From Gemmatimonas sp. (GTDB lineage Bacteria; Gemmatimonadota; Gemmatimonadetes; Gemmatimonadales; Gemmatimonadaceae), in the NCBI GenBank assembly GCA_965279375.1, contig OZ257156.1, positions 4,800,001 to 4,864,000 on the forward strand: a stretch of DNA of 64,000 nucleotides, read 5' to 3'. Position numbers and translations under genes: made by a program. Of the stretch, positions 37,204 to 46,958 are shown in pieces; the stretch's first letter is position 1, and every line of letters begins with the position of its first letter. The notes under the pieces are model-generated. The model saw nothing but the letters and a program-made list of their open reading frames with translations. It was not told the origin of the DNA and ran no database searches.

Positions 37204-38388
37204 ATGTCTGAATCCTCTGCTCCTGCGTTCCATGCCACGCCCGTGTTTCCGCGTGGATTTCGTTGCGCCAGCCGCAACGTCGGACTCAAGCCGACGGCGC
37301 GCGACCTGACGCTGTTTGCCAGCGAGGTCGACGCCGTCGCGGCCGCTGTTTTCACGCGCAATCACTTCCCGGGTGCACCGATCATCCTGGGCCGAGAGAC
37401 GATGCGCGGTGGCGTGCTTCGCGCGATCATCGCCAACAGCAAGGTGAGCAACGTCGCGACCGGATTGCGTGGCGTGGAGAATGCGCGCCGCATGGCCGCC
37501 GCCGCCGCAGAGGAGCTGGGAACGGACGCGAGTCGCGTGCTCGTGAGCTCCACTGGCGTGATTGGCGTACAGTTGCCGATCGAGAAGATCGTCACGGGCG
37601 TGCAGGGCATGCGCGCGGAGCTACAGGACGATCCGATGGTTGGCGCCGAAGGGATCATGACCACGGACACGCACCCCAAGGCACTGTCGGCATCGGTCGG
37701 CAACGCCACGATCACGTGGGTGGCCAAGGGCTCCGGCATGATCGAGCCCAACATGGCGACGATGCTCTCGTACATCTTCACCGATGCCAAGTTCGACGCG
37801 GCGACGCTCGACGCACTGCTGCGGCGCGCGGTGCGCGACTCGTTCAACGTGTTGAGCGTGGACACGGACACGAGCACGTCGGATACGTGCGCCATTCTCG
37901 CCAACGGACTGGCCGGCGAGGTGGATCACGACGCGTTTTTCGAGACGTTGCGCGCGGGCTGCGTGCGCATGACGGAAATTCTCGCGCGTGACGGCGAAGG
38001 CGCCACACGACTGATTCGCGTGACGGTTGATGGCGCGCTCAACGACGCCGAAGCGCACGTGGTCGCCAAGTCTATCGTCAACTCGCCACTGGTGAAGACG
38101 ATGGTGCACGGCGCCGATCCCAATGTCGGCCGCTTGCTGATGGCCGTGGGCAAGTGCTTCGACTGCACGATCGTGCCCGCCGGCACCGACGCGTGGATCA
38201 ACGATTTCCAGGTCGTGCAGAGCGGTGAGCGGCTGTCGTTCGACGATGCCGTGGTGCGTGAGACACTCTCGCGCGAGTTGGTGGATCTGCGCGTCGCGCT
38301 CGGCGTGGGGAGCGGCACGGCGCGAGCGTACGGCTGCGATCTGACGAAGGGCTACGTTGAAGAGAACGCCGCGTACTACTCGAGCTGA
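37204..38388 (+). CDS. argJ: Ornithine acetyltransferase / glutamate N-acetyltransferase
   Basis: STGVIG, IMTTDT, KGSGMIEPNMATML (autoproteolysis Thr), DGEGAT, SPLVKT. Confidence 0.93.
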   Translation: MSESSAPAFHATPVFPRGFRCASRNVGLKPTARDLTLFASEVDAVAAAVFTRNHFPGAPIILGRETMRGGVLRAIIANSKVSNVATGLRGVENARRMAAAAAEELGTDASRVLVSSTGVIGVQLPIEKIVTGVQGMRAELQDDPMVGAEGIMTTDTHPKALSASVGNATITWVAKGSGMIEPNMATMLSYIFTDAKFDAATLDALLRRAVRDSFNVLSVDTDTSTSDTCAILANGLAGEVDHDAFFETLRAGCVRMTEILARDGEGATRLIRVTVDGALNDAEAHVVAKSIVNSPLVKTMVHGADPNVGRLLMAVGKCFDCTIVPAGTDAWINDFQVVQSGERLSFDDAVVRETLSRELVDLRVALGVGSGTARAYGCDLTKGYVEENAAYYSS

Positions 38389-38400
38389 CTTCCTAGCGAC

Positions 38401-38702
38401 CCGTAGCCGGTCACGCCGTTCGCTCCACTGATCTCCCGCCACTCACCACCCGTAGCCCGAAACAGGGTTGTGTCGGGTTGGCGGTCCTCGACCCCGCCTG
38501 ATCTGAGTGAAAAACTCTGAACCGGGGACTGGCGACCGCGTGCTGCCGCCGCTCTGACACTGCTCTGTTCCGGGTCGCGAGTGGTGAGTGGGCAGTCTTG
38601 AGTGGATCGAACGGCGTGACCGGTTACCCGTAAACCGAATGGAGCGAACGGCGCGACCGACTACCCGCAAAACCCGATGGAGCGACCGGCGTGACCGGTT
38701 AA
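38401..38702. repeat. REP-like element: long inverted repeat/hairpin plus three tandem 37-38-bp copies
   Basis: Unit TGGAGCGAACGGCGTGACCGGTTAC at ~38603, 38640 and 38678; inverted copy at ~38403-38427. The intervening sequence is self-complementary. Confidence 0.75.
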
Positions 38703-38706
38703 CGAA

Positions 38707-39549
38707 TTACAGCTTGGCGCCGAGTATGGCGACATCGCGACCGGCGTGGCCCGCGGCCAGAGCGGAATCCATCGCGGCCGCAAACGCGCGCAGCATCGGC
38801 GTCGGCTGCGTGCCAGCGGTCTCGAGCATCAACCGCAGATCCTTGCGCGCAACTTCGAGCGTGAACTGCGGGTCGTAGTTGCCGCTCACCATCATCTGGC
38901 CGCGCAGTCCCCCTGGGGCCACGGTGATCTTGGACAGCATTTCGAGTGCGCCCGCGCGGTCGACACCGTTCGCGTCAGCCATGTGCATCACGTCGGCGAT
39001 CACCCCGATCAACGGCAGAATCGTCGCGTTGCCGAACAGCTTGTACAGCGCCGCGAGGTCGGGCCGTTCGCCGACATGCCATAGCTCGCCGGTCATGACC
39101 GTGAGCGCCTCACGGACGCGCGCGAATCGCTCCGTCGGTCCGGCGACGAGCATCATGCCCTTTGCTTCGCGTGCGGCGCCGGGTCCCATCATCACCGGGG
39201 CGTGCAGATACTGCAAACCGTCGGCATCGAGTGCGGCCGCGCGCGCAGCGGTGCGCACGGGAAGCGTCGTCGAATGGTCCACGATCACTGTGGCCGGATC
39301 GAGGGCGTGTTTGATCTCCGCGATGGTCGCATCGACCACATCGTCATCGAGCAGCACCAGATGCACGCGCTCTGCGCGTTCAACGGCCTCGGCGGCGGAA
39401 TCAACGATCGTGGCGCCCAGCGTATCGAGTCCCGCGGCCTTGGCGCGCGTACGATTCCAGACGACGACGTCCGTGCCGCCCCGTGCGAGCATTCCCTCGA
39501 CGAATCCCCGACCCAACAGGCCCAGCCCCAACAGAGCGACGCGCGCCAT
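38707..39549 (-). CDS. NAD(P)-dependent beta-hydroxyacid dehydrogenase family oxidoreductase
   Basis: LGLGLLG Rossmann motif, WNRT, DHSTT, APVMMG, KL.GN, KDLRL. Confidence 0.88.
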   Translation of the reverse strand: MARVALLGLGLLGRGFVEGMLARGGTDVVVWNRTRAKAAGLDTLGATIVDSAAEAVERAERVHLVLLDDDVVDATIAEIKHALDPATVIVDHSTTLPVRTAARAAALDADGLQYLHAPVMMGPGAAREAKGMMLVAGPTERFARVREALTVMTGELWHVGERPDLAALYKLFGNATILPLIGVIADVMHMADANGVDRAGALEMLSKITVAPGGLRGQMMVSGNYDPQFTLEVARKDLRLMLETAGTQPTPMLRAFAAAMDSALAAGHAGRDVAILGAKL

Positions 39550-39614
39550 ACAGCTTCTCCGTTAACGGTGTCCCGAAATATGGCGACCGAAGCAGACGTC
39601 GCGCATGCGCATCG

Positions 39615-42600
39615 TCACTCCGGCTCGACCGCGTCGGAGAGCAGCGAAGGCAATCCAGGCAGGCCGGCGCTGTCGACCGTCTCGGCCCACTGGTGCCAGC
39701 GCTTGAGCTTGCGCGAAAGTGCGCTGATGTCCACCTGCTGCACGATGGCGCCGCGCGTCTCCTTCGCGTGCAGCGCGGTCGCCTGCAGCCGGAAGTAGCG
39801 GTGCTCCGTCGGCGAATGGCACGGATACTCCAACTCGAAGTAGTCGCGAGTACCATCGAGCACCGACTTGAGGCCATCTGCTGCGGCCCGAGCCTGCGGT
39901 TCACCCGCGGCCGTCGCCGCGGCGATGTAGTTGAGGCCCACCCCGACGGCGACGGCCAAGGGCGCGTGGTTGCTCTCGGCGAAACGCCGCCACGCGCGGT
40001 TGGTCTGCACGATCGTTCCATCGGCGCTCAGCACCGCCGTGCTCGCCGGCAACGAGTCGAGCACCTCCTGCAAGCGCAGCTCGCCGCGCTTCACTTCGGT
40101 GACATCGATGACACTCAGAATTGCGCCGTGGGCCCCCGGCTCCCGCGTGAGATACGGGAGCACACGCAAGTGAATGTGCGTCCCGTCAGGCATCTGCAGT
40201 TCATGTGACTCGGCCACCGATGTTGCGATCACCTTGCGGGACATGGCCACCAGATCAAGTCCCGGGAGTTTCGATGCGATATGCTCCAGCGGTCGCCCTT
40301 CGTCCTGCGGCAGCACGTTCAGCAAGTTCACCGCCGCCTGCGTGAACTTGCGAATGCGCAACTTCTCGTCCACAAAGAGCGTACCGACGCCCGTCGAGCG
40401 GAGCAGGTTCTCGATGTCGTCGTTGAGCGCGATCAGTTCGCTGATCTTTTGCTGGAACTCCGCGTTGACCGTCTGCAACTCTTCGTTGACGGACTGCAGC
40501 TCTTCATTCGTGCTCTGCAGCTCTTCGTTGGACGCGAGCAGCTCCTCATTGGTCGCCTGCAGCTCTTCGTTCGACGTCTCGAGCTCTTCGATAGTGGCCT
40601 GCAGGTTCTCCTTCGTGAACTGCAGCTCGCGCTCCAACTGTGCCACGCGCAGTTGCGATGTGTCATCGGCGGCCAGGCTGTCGCTGACACCGCCGGCCAA
40701 TGGCGGAGCGCCACTCTGGAAGAACACGGCATAGCCGGAAGCTCGGTCGACACCCATCACCAGCGGGCGTACGTAGAGCGTCACCGTCGGCTGATCGGGG
40801 GCGACCTCGATCCCTTCATACACGACCTGCCGTCGATCGCGCGAGATGCGCGCCAGCGCCGTGCGGAGCGCGCTGGCCAGCGGCTTGATGAGAAGGCGGA
40901 AGATTTCGAGTGTGGAGCGGCCCGTTGGTACCTGCAGCAAGCCGCTCACATCACCAAACGTATGGATCAGGTGAAAATCCGCGTCGAGAATCACGCAGCG
41001 CAGCGTGAGAACCTGCGTCAGCTCCTGCAGCACGAGCTCCAGCATGTCGTCATCAACGGCCGCGCGGAGACTGCCTGCACGCGGCAGCACCGTGACGCCG
41101 TCTGTAACCGCACCGCCGTGCAGGCCGTGCTGGCCCGTACGACGCATGCGCAGAGGGAGCGCGTCGGCCAGCGTGTTGCGTCCGGGGTTGAGCGCCTGAT
41201 AGACCTTCCACTTGGCATCGACCACGTGAAAGAGCGACGCGAGCGTGCCCACGGTTTCGCTCGAGCCGAGAAACAGATAGCCACGCACACGCAACGCGTA
41301 CGCGAGCAGGGCAATCACCCGACGCTGCAGATCGCTGCCGAGGTAGATCAGCATGTTGCGGCAGGACACGAGGTCCATGCGCGTCAACGGCGGATCCTTG
41401 AGCAGGTTGTGACGCGCGAAGATCACCCGGTCGCGCAACGCACGGGAGACGCGGTAACCGTCGCCGTCCACCGTGAAGAAGCGCGCGATCCGCTCGGGGG
41501 TGACGTCGGCCGCGATGGAATCGGTGTAGCGCCCCGCGGCCGCGAACTCCACCGCCTCGGCATCCACATCCGTCGCGAACACGCGAATGGGCCGCGACTC
41601 GCCGCGCTCCTCGAGCGCCTCCATGAGCAACATGACGATCGAGTACGCCTCTTCACCCGTGGAGCATGCCGACACCCAGACGCGCACTTCCTGGTCGGGC
41701 GGCAGGTCGCGCAGCAACTCCGGAATGATTCGACTCTCCAGCAATCGGAACGCATCGTCATCGCGAAAGAAGCGCGTCACGTTGATCAACAGATCGCGAT
41801 GCAGCTGCATCAACTCCGCTTGCGACGACTCGAGCAGTCGCACGTAGTCGTCCCAGCCGAGCCCGGAGTGCATGAGCACGCGCCGCTCGATGCGACGGAT
41901 GATGGTGTTGGGCTTGTAGCCACTGAAGTCCGTGCCGATACGATCGCGCAGCATTGCGATTATGCGCTGCACCTGCGATGGCGTACCGACCGGCTGATCA
42001 GAGACGCCAGCGATGGTGATGGCACCGCGTCGCGCGAAGAACTGCACGATGATCGCGGGCATGTCTGCCACCGACAGCACCTGATCCGCGAGCCCGGTGG
42101 CGACCACGCTCCGCGGCATGCCGTCGAACTGTGCCTCCGCGGGATCCTGCACGAGCACGAGGCCACCTTCCGCCTTGAGTTCGCGCGCGCCGCGCGTGCC
42201 GTCACTTCCGGTACCGGAGAGCACCACACCGACGGCATTCTCGCCCTGTGATGCGGCCAGCGACGTGAAGAACGCGTCGATCGGCAGATGCAGTCCGGCG
42301 CCGCTCGGCTGCTCCTCGACACGCAAGACGCCGTCGAGAATGGAGAGGTTCGACTTGGGCGGATTGAGATAGACCGTGTCCGGCTCGAGGCGCTCGCCAT
42401 CGGCAGCCCGCACCACGCGCAGGGTCGTGTGGCGCGTGAGCAGTTCCACCATGAGCGACTTGTAGTCGGGCGACAGATGCTGGATCACCACGTACGCGAT
42501 CCCGGCTTGCGCGGGCGCGCTGTCGAAGAACAACTGCAGAGCTTCCAGGCCACCGGCGCTCGCGCCGATCGCACACACGCCGATCGGTCGCAGTGCGGCG

Positions 42601-42653
42601 GTGCCCCGGGAGGCTGAGGCATCGAGAGTCTCGGTCAACCGCGGATCAGTCAT
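39615..42653 (-). CDS. CheB methylesterase-CheR methyltransferase fusion with coiled coil and PAS domains
   Basis: GASAGG, QHLSP, GTGSDG (CheB); INVTRFFRD, ACSTGEEAYS, SCRNMLIY (CheR); NEELQ heptads; two C-terminal PAS-like regions. Confidence 0.93.
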   Translation of the reverse strand: MTDPRLTETLDASASRGTAALRPIGVCAIGASAGGLEALQLFFDSAPAQAGIAYVVIQHLSPDYKSLMVELLTRHTTLRVVRAADGERLEPDTVYLNPPKSNLSILDGVLRVEEQPSGAGLHLPIDAFFTSLAASQGENAVGVVLSGTGSDGTRGARELKAEGGLVLVQDPAEAQFDGMPRSVVATGLADQVLSVADMPAIIVQFFARRGAITIAGVSDQPVGTPSQVQRIIAMLRDRIGTDFSGYKPNTIIRRIERRVLMHSGLGWDDYVRLLESSQAELMQLHRDLLINVTRFFRDDDAFRLLESRIIPELLRDLPPDQEVRVWVSACSTGEEAYSIVMLLMEALEERGESRPIRVFATDVDAEAVEFAAAGRYTDSIAADVTPERIARFFTVDGDGYRVSRALRDRVIFARHNLLKDPPLTRMDLVSCRNMLIYLGSDLQRRVIALLAYALRVRGYLFLGSSETVGTLASLFHVVDAKWKVYQALNPGRNTLADALPLRMRRTGQHGLHGGAVTDGVTVLPRAGSLRAAVDDDMLELVLQELTQVLTLRCVILDADFHLIHTFGDVSGLLQVPTGRSTLEIFRLLIKPLASALRTALARISRDRRQVVYEGIEVAPDQPTVTLYVRPLVMGVDRASGYAVFFQSGAPPLAGGVSDSLAADDTSQLRVAQLERELQFTKENLQATIEELETSNEELQATNEELLASNEELQSTNEELQSVNEELQTVNAEFQQKISELIALNDDIENLLRSTGVGTLFVDEKLRIRKFTQAAVNLLNVLPQDEGRPLEHIASKLPGLDLVAMSRKVIATSVAESHELQMPDGTHIHLRVLPYLTREPGAHGAILSVIDVTEVKRGELRLQEVLDSLPASTAVLSADGTIVQTNRAWRRFAESNHAPLAVAVGVGLNYIAAATAAGEPQARAAADGLKSVLDGTRDYFELEYPCHSPTEHRYFRLQATALHAKETRGAIVQQVDISALSRKLKRWHQWAETVDSAGLPGLPSLLSDAVEPE

Positions 42654-42655
42654 GG

Positions 42656-44920
42656 TCAGGCCACGAGGGAGCTGAGAGAGGATGGCGGAGCGTCGAGCAC
42701 GCGTCGCACGCGCGCCAACAAGTCCGCCGGTGTCCACGGCTTGTGCAACACGGGATGATCCGACGGCGCGCGATACTCTTCGCCGGGACCCACGTGACCG
42801 ACGTACCCGGTCACCCAGAGGAGGCGTGCAGTCGGCGTATGGGTGCGCAATGCGTCCAACACCCGTGCGCCGCCGCCATCAGGCATGACCACGTCCGAAA
42901 TGATCAGGTCGAACGGCACATCGGTGCGGCGCTTGTTCTGCTCCAGCAGCAAGGCTGCAGAATTGCCGCTGTCCGCTTCCGTCACGTCATAGCCAGCGCT
43001 TCGCAGCACGCGCGCCGTCAGACGACGAATGGCGGCATCGTCCTCGACCAGCAGCAAGCGCTCCGCTCCGCCGGTGGAGATCACCGGCACGGCACTCGGC
43101 GTGTAGCGTGGCTCCTGCTTGACGTCGGCGATCGGGAATCGCAGCGAGACCGTGGTGCCGCCACCTGGACTGCTCTCCACTGACACGCTTCCGCGCATCT
43201 GCTGCATCAACCCGTACACCATCGACATGCCAAGTCCCGTGCCCTCGCCCGCACGCTTCGTCGTATAGAACGGCTCGAAGATGTGCGAGAGCACGTCGCC
43301 CGCCATGCCGGCACCGGTGTCGGAGACCGTAACGTATACATGGCGCACCACCGCGCCCACCGAGGCGGCACGGCGATCGATGCGCGAGATGTCATCCTCC
43401 TGCACGCTCACGACGACGCGCAGTTCGCCTTCCTCCAGCTGCATTGCGTCGCGCGCATTCGTGGCGAGGTTGAGCAGGATCTGCTGCACGGCGGTGGCGT
43501 CACCGTTCGTGGCGGGAATTGTCCCGTCGACGGAGAAGTGCACGGCCATCCATTCCGGCAACACACGCCTGAGTATGTGGCACAAGTCGCCGATCACGAC
43601 GTCGAGCCGCAGCGGCTCGAGCTGCAGCTGCTCCTGTCGACCGAACGCCATGAGCTTGCGCACCAGATCGGCGCCACGGTTGGCTGCGCGCAGAATGTCC
43701 ACGAGACCGCTATGAATCTCTTCGACCTCCGACGCACCCGGCGACGACAGCAGCACGTCCGCGCTCGCCACGACGACGGTGAGCAGGTTGTTGAAGTCGT
43801 GCGCGATGCCGCCGGTGAGTTGGCCGAGTGCTTCCATCTTCTGTGACTGACGCAGCTGCGCTTCCATCGCGCGCGCCGACGTGACATCGCGCAGCACGGC
43901 GAGATGACGCCCCGGCAGAAAGTTGGCTCGCGCGACGTACTCCACCTCGATACGCGCGCCGTCCGCACGGGCCAGGCGAACGACGCCACGCCCTTCCCCG
44001 CGGTCGCGAACGGCGCGCAGCGCGGCGGTGAGCTCCGTGCGTTGCATCGGATCAACAAGACTGCGAAAGGCACGCCCGACGATTCGCGTCTCGCGCCGCG
44101 CGAACAGCGTCGACGCCGCAGGGTTGGCGGAGACGATGCGTCCGACGTCATCGAAGATCAGGATCGTATCGCTCGCGCCTTCGAATACCGCTCGGAAGTG
44201 GGCCAGTGCCTCGAGTCGTGCGAGTTCGCGCCGATGCACTTCCGATGTCTCGATGTGCTGCACGACTGCGCCCGATTGACCGCCGAGCGCGGACACCGCG
44301 ATGCGATACCAGCGGGTGGCCTCGCCTGTACCTTCGGCGTATTCGCGCTCGAACGCCAGGGAGCGTCGCGACAGAACCTCGCGCACTCCCGCGGCCACGA
44401 GCGCGGCATCTGCGTTGCCGGTCGATGCAGCGCGCTCGCACACGTCGATGTAGTTGGCACCGAAGCCGGCGTGATCGAGACCAACGTCATCGTCGCTCGC
44501 CGCAAGGTGCCACCGCGCATTGCCGGCGAGGATGACGCCGCGTTCGTCGAGAATTGCGAGACTCGATGGGAGCGCATCCAGTACATCTTCGAGCACGTGC
44601 ATGCTCTCCTCGATCGATTCGACCATGTTGCGCTGCACGGTGGAATCCGTCACGCGCACCAGTCGTGCATCGACGCCATCCCAGCGACACCCCGTCCACG
44701 TCGCCGCGAAGACACGTCGACCTCCCATCGTAGACGACACGAACTCGAGGTGCGAGTCCGCCGTCGTCGCGAGGAGTTGCATGATGCGAGGTTCCGCTGG
44801 CAACAACCGTTCGCCGGCGCTGTTGGCGGCGAGCACGCGACCGCTGCCGTCCACAACGAAGTGGGCATCGGGCAAGGCAGCGAGGAGCGGTTGTGACTGC
44901 CGGGATTCCAGCTCCAGCAT
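42656..44920 (-). CDS. Multi-PAS hybrid sensor histidine kinase
   Basis: AHDFNN, NLATNARDA, DTGAG, GTGLG; receiver ISDVVMP...KPW. Ends 2 nt before the CheB/CheR start. Confidence 0.9.
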   Translation of the reverse strand: MLELESRQSQPLLAALPDAHFVVDGSGRVLAANSAGERLLPAEPRIMQLLATTADSHLEFVSSTMGGRRVFAATWTGCRWDGVDARLVRVTDSTVQRNMVESIEESMHVLEDVLDALPSSLAILDERGVILAGNARWHLAASDDDVGLDHAGFGANYIDVCERAASTGNADAALVAAGVREVLSRRSLAFEREYAEGTGEATRWYRIAVSALGGQSGAVVQHIETSEVHRRELARLEALAHFRAVFEGASDTILIFDDVGRIVSANPAASTLFARRETRIVGRAFRSLVDPMQRTELTAALRAVRDRGEGRGVVRLARADGARIEVEYVARANFLPGRHLAVLRDVTSARAMEAQLRQSQKMEALGQLTGGIAHDFNNLLTVVVASADVLLSSPGASEVEEIHSGLVDILRAANRGADLVRKLMAFGRQEQLQLEPLRLDVVIGDLCHILRRVLPEWMAVHFSVDGTIPATNGDATAVQQILLNLATNARDAMQLEEGELRVVVSVQEDDISRIDRRAASVGAVVRHVYVTVSDTGAGMAGDVLSHIFEPFYTTKRAGEGTGLGMSMVYGLMQQMRGSVSVESSPGGGTTVSLRFPIADVKQEPRYTPSAVPVISTGGAERLLLVEDDAAIRRLTARVLRSAGYDVTEADSGNSAALLLEQNKRRTDVPFDLIISDVVMPDGGGARVLDALRTHTPTARLLWVTGYVGHVGPGEEYRAPSDHPVLHKPWTPADLLARVRRVLDAPPSSLSSLVA

Positions 44921-45110
44921 GAAGGACGGAGGGAGGACTCGTGCCGTTCAGCACAATCGTCGCTGAACACCATGCATTCGGAGAGCTGCGCCAATTCTCG
45001 CGCACACGGAGAAGCGACGCTAGTGCACGTTTAACGCTCAATGTGCGAGGTCGTTCCGTGCAACGCATGCATCCGGAGACACGAACCACCAAAGACTAGG
45101 ACTAGCGGTC

Positions 45111-46682
45111 CTATCTCTTGGCGACGAATGGCACCGTGGAGGGTGCGTGTCGATGCCGTGTCGCTTGCTCGTAACCATATGCAAGCTTGATGAGCGTCGG
45201 CTCACTCCATGCGCGCCCGAAGAACGTCATCCCCGCGGGAAGAACCCCTTCTCGCGTGTATCCCATCGGCACAGTGATCGCCGGGAAGCCCGTCGTGGGC
45301 GAGAAGAGCTGGCTGTTGTCGCCGTGCGGTGTGTTGAGATCGCCGATCAGCCTCGGCGGATTGCTCCACGTCGGGTAGACCAGCGCGTCGAGATGCAGTG
45401 AGTCCATCATCTGCGTGACGGCCACGCGCAACGCCGCGCGTACGCCTTCGCGACTCACACAGCCTGGTGCCGTTTCCGGCGTGTCAGTGCCGGCGACCGC
45501 GTCGCGCAATCGCTGTTCGACCGTCGGGTGATACTTCCGGCTCTTGATGATGTCGTCGAGCGTTTTCACCGGCGCATTCGCACCACGCGCCGCGAAGTAG
45601 CGTTCCAGATCCGCCTTGAAGCGATTGCATCCGCCCTGCTGTCGCCGCTGAATGACGTCGAGAGAGTCGACACGCGCCGGATCGACGATGATCGCGCCGG
45701 CCTTCCTGAGATCTTCGATGGCGCGGACAAAGACGGTGTTCACTTCGGCGTCGAGCGTGGGCCGCTCGTACGCCTGACGGAGAATGCCGATGCGTGCGCC
45801 CTTGAGTCCACCCGGCACGAGCGCCGCACGATAGTCCGGCGCGCGCTTGGCGTCGGCCTGCGCGGTGACCGTATCAGCGGGGTCGCTGCCGGCGACGACA
45901 TTGAACACTTCGACTGCGTCGGCCACCGTGCGGGCCATTGGACCAGCGATGTCGGCGACGGCATTCAGTGGCACCACCCCCGCGCGCGAGGTCAGCCCCA
46001 TCGTGCTGCGGATGCCGACGAGCGCCTGATGCGACGACGGCCCGCGAATGGAATTGCCGGTGTCGCTGCCGAGTCCCACTTCACCGAAGTTGGCAGCGAC
46101 GGCGGCCGCCGTACCGCCGCTCGATCCCGCCGTGACCCGATCGAGCGCGTACGGATTGCGTGAATAGCCGGGAAGGATCGAGCTGACCGTTTCGTACGGT
46201 GTGAACGCCCACTCCGCGAGATTGGATTTGGCGAGCACGATCGCGCCGGCGGCGCGCACGCGGGCCACCATCGTCGCATCCTGCTGCGGGACCCACCCTT
46301 CCAGCGCCAGCGAGCCCGCGGTGGTCTGCAGGTCGCGCGTTTCGAAGTTGTCCTTCACGATCATGGGAATGCAGTGAAGCGCACCAACCGGGCCAGTCGC
46401 CGCGTAGCGCTTGTCGAGCGAGTCGGCGACGGCGAGTGCCTTGGGATTGAGCACCACGAGCGCATTCACCGCCGGCCCACGCTTGTCGTACGCGGCGATG
46501 CGGTCGAGATAGCGCTGCACCAGCGCTCGACAGGTGAGCGTGCGCGCCTTGAACGCCGCATGCACAGCGGCGATCGTCGTCTCTTCCACGCGAAAGCCGC
46601 TCGTGCCGGATGCACGTTGCGCCTGCAACAAAGCGGGTGACAGCACAGCCCACAGCGCCGCCAACGGCAGCAGCGGGCGCAT
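45111..46682 (-). CDS. Amidase signature family protein, secreted
   Basis: Signal peptide; IVKDN, GSSGG, GSDTGNSIRGP (Ser-cisSer-Lys). Confidence 0.9.
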   Translation of the reverse strand: MRPLLPLAALWAVLSPALLQAQRASGTSGFRVEETTIAAVHAAFKARTLTCRALVQRYLDRIAAYDKRGPAVNALVVLNPKALAVADSLDKRYAATGPVGALHCIPMIVKDNFETRDLQTTAGSLALEGWVPQQDATMVARVRAAGAIVLAKSNLAEWAFTPYETVSSILPGYSRNPYALDRVTAGSSGGTAAAVAANFGEVGLGSDTGNSIRGPSSHQALVGIRSTMGLTSRAGVVPLNAVADIAGPMARTVADAVEVFNVVAGSDPADTVTAQADAKRAPDYRAALVPGGLKGARIGILRQAYERPTLDAEVNTVFVRAIEDLRKAGAIIVDPARVDSLDVIQRRQQGGCNRFKADLERYFAARGANAPVKTLDDIIKSRKYHPTVEQRLRDAVAGTDTPETAPGCVSREGVRAALRVAVTQMMDSLHLDALVYPTWSNPPRLIGDLNTPHGDNSQLFSPTTGFPAITVPMGYTREGVLPAGMTFFGRAWSEPTLIKLAYGYEQATRHRHAPSTVPFVAKR

Positions 46683-46958
46683 GCGCGGGCGCACCAGCAC
46701 GCGGCCGGTGTCGCGCGTCGTGCAACGATCGGATGAACTGCGAGTGACGCGCATGGGAGCCCGGGCGAGAGCGTTTTCGAAGACGAACGGTGTGCGGAAA
46801 GGGAGGTCGGCCGCGCGACGGACTGGATCGTTTCGCGCGGTGACGTGCGTTAGGGTATCGTTGCGCGAATGGGATCGCCAGTTGAACCAACGCCGATCTC
46901 CCGTTGCCTGTCCGCTTCTTCACGCGCGCACGTATCTCACACGCTCACACCCGCTGCG

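Noticed and set aside
38490..38530. Hammerhead ribozyme or TPP riboswitch (CTGATCTGAG...GAA)
   Set aside because: No exact CUGANGA/GAAA core. No upstream CUGAGA or downstream AGCG for TPP, and it lies at gene 3' ends.
38603..38702. CRISPR array
   Set aside because: Only three degenerate copies, with ~12-nt similar linkers rather than unique spacers, and no cas genes.
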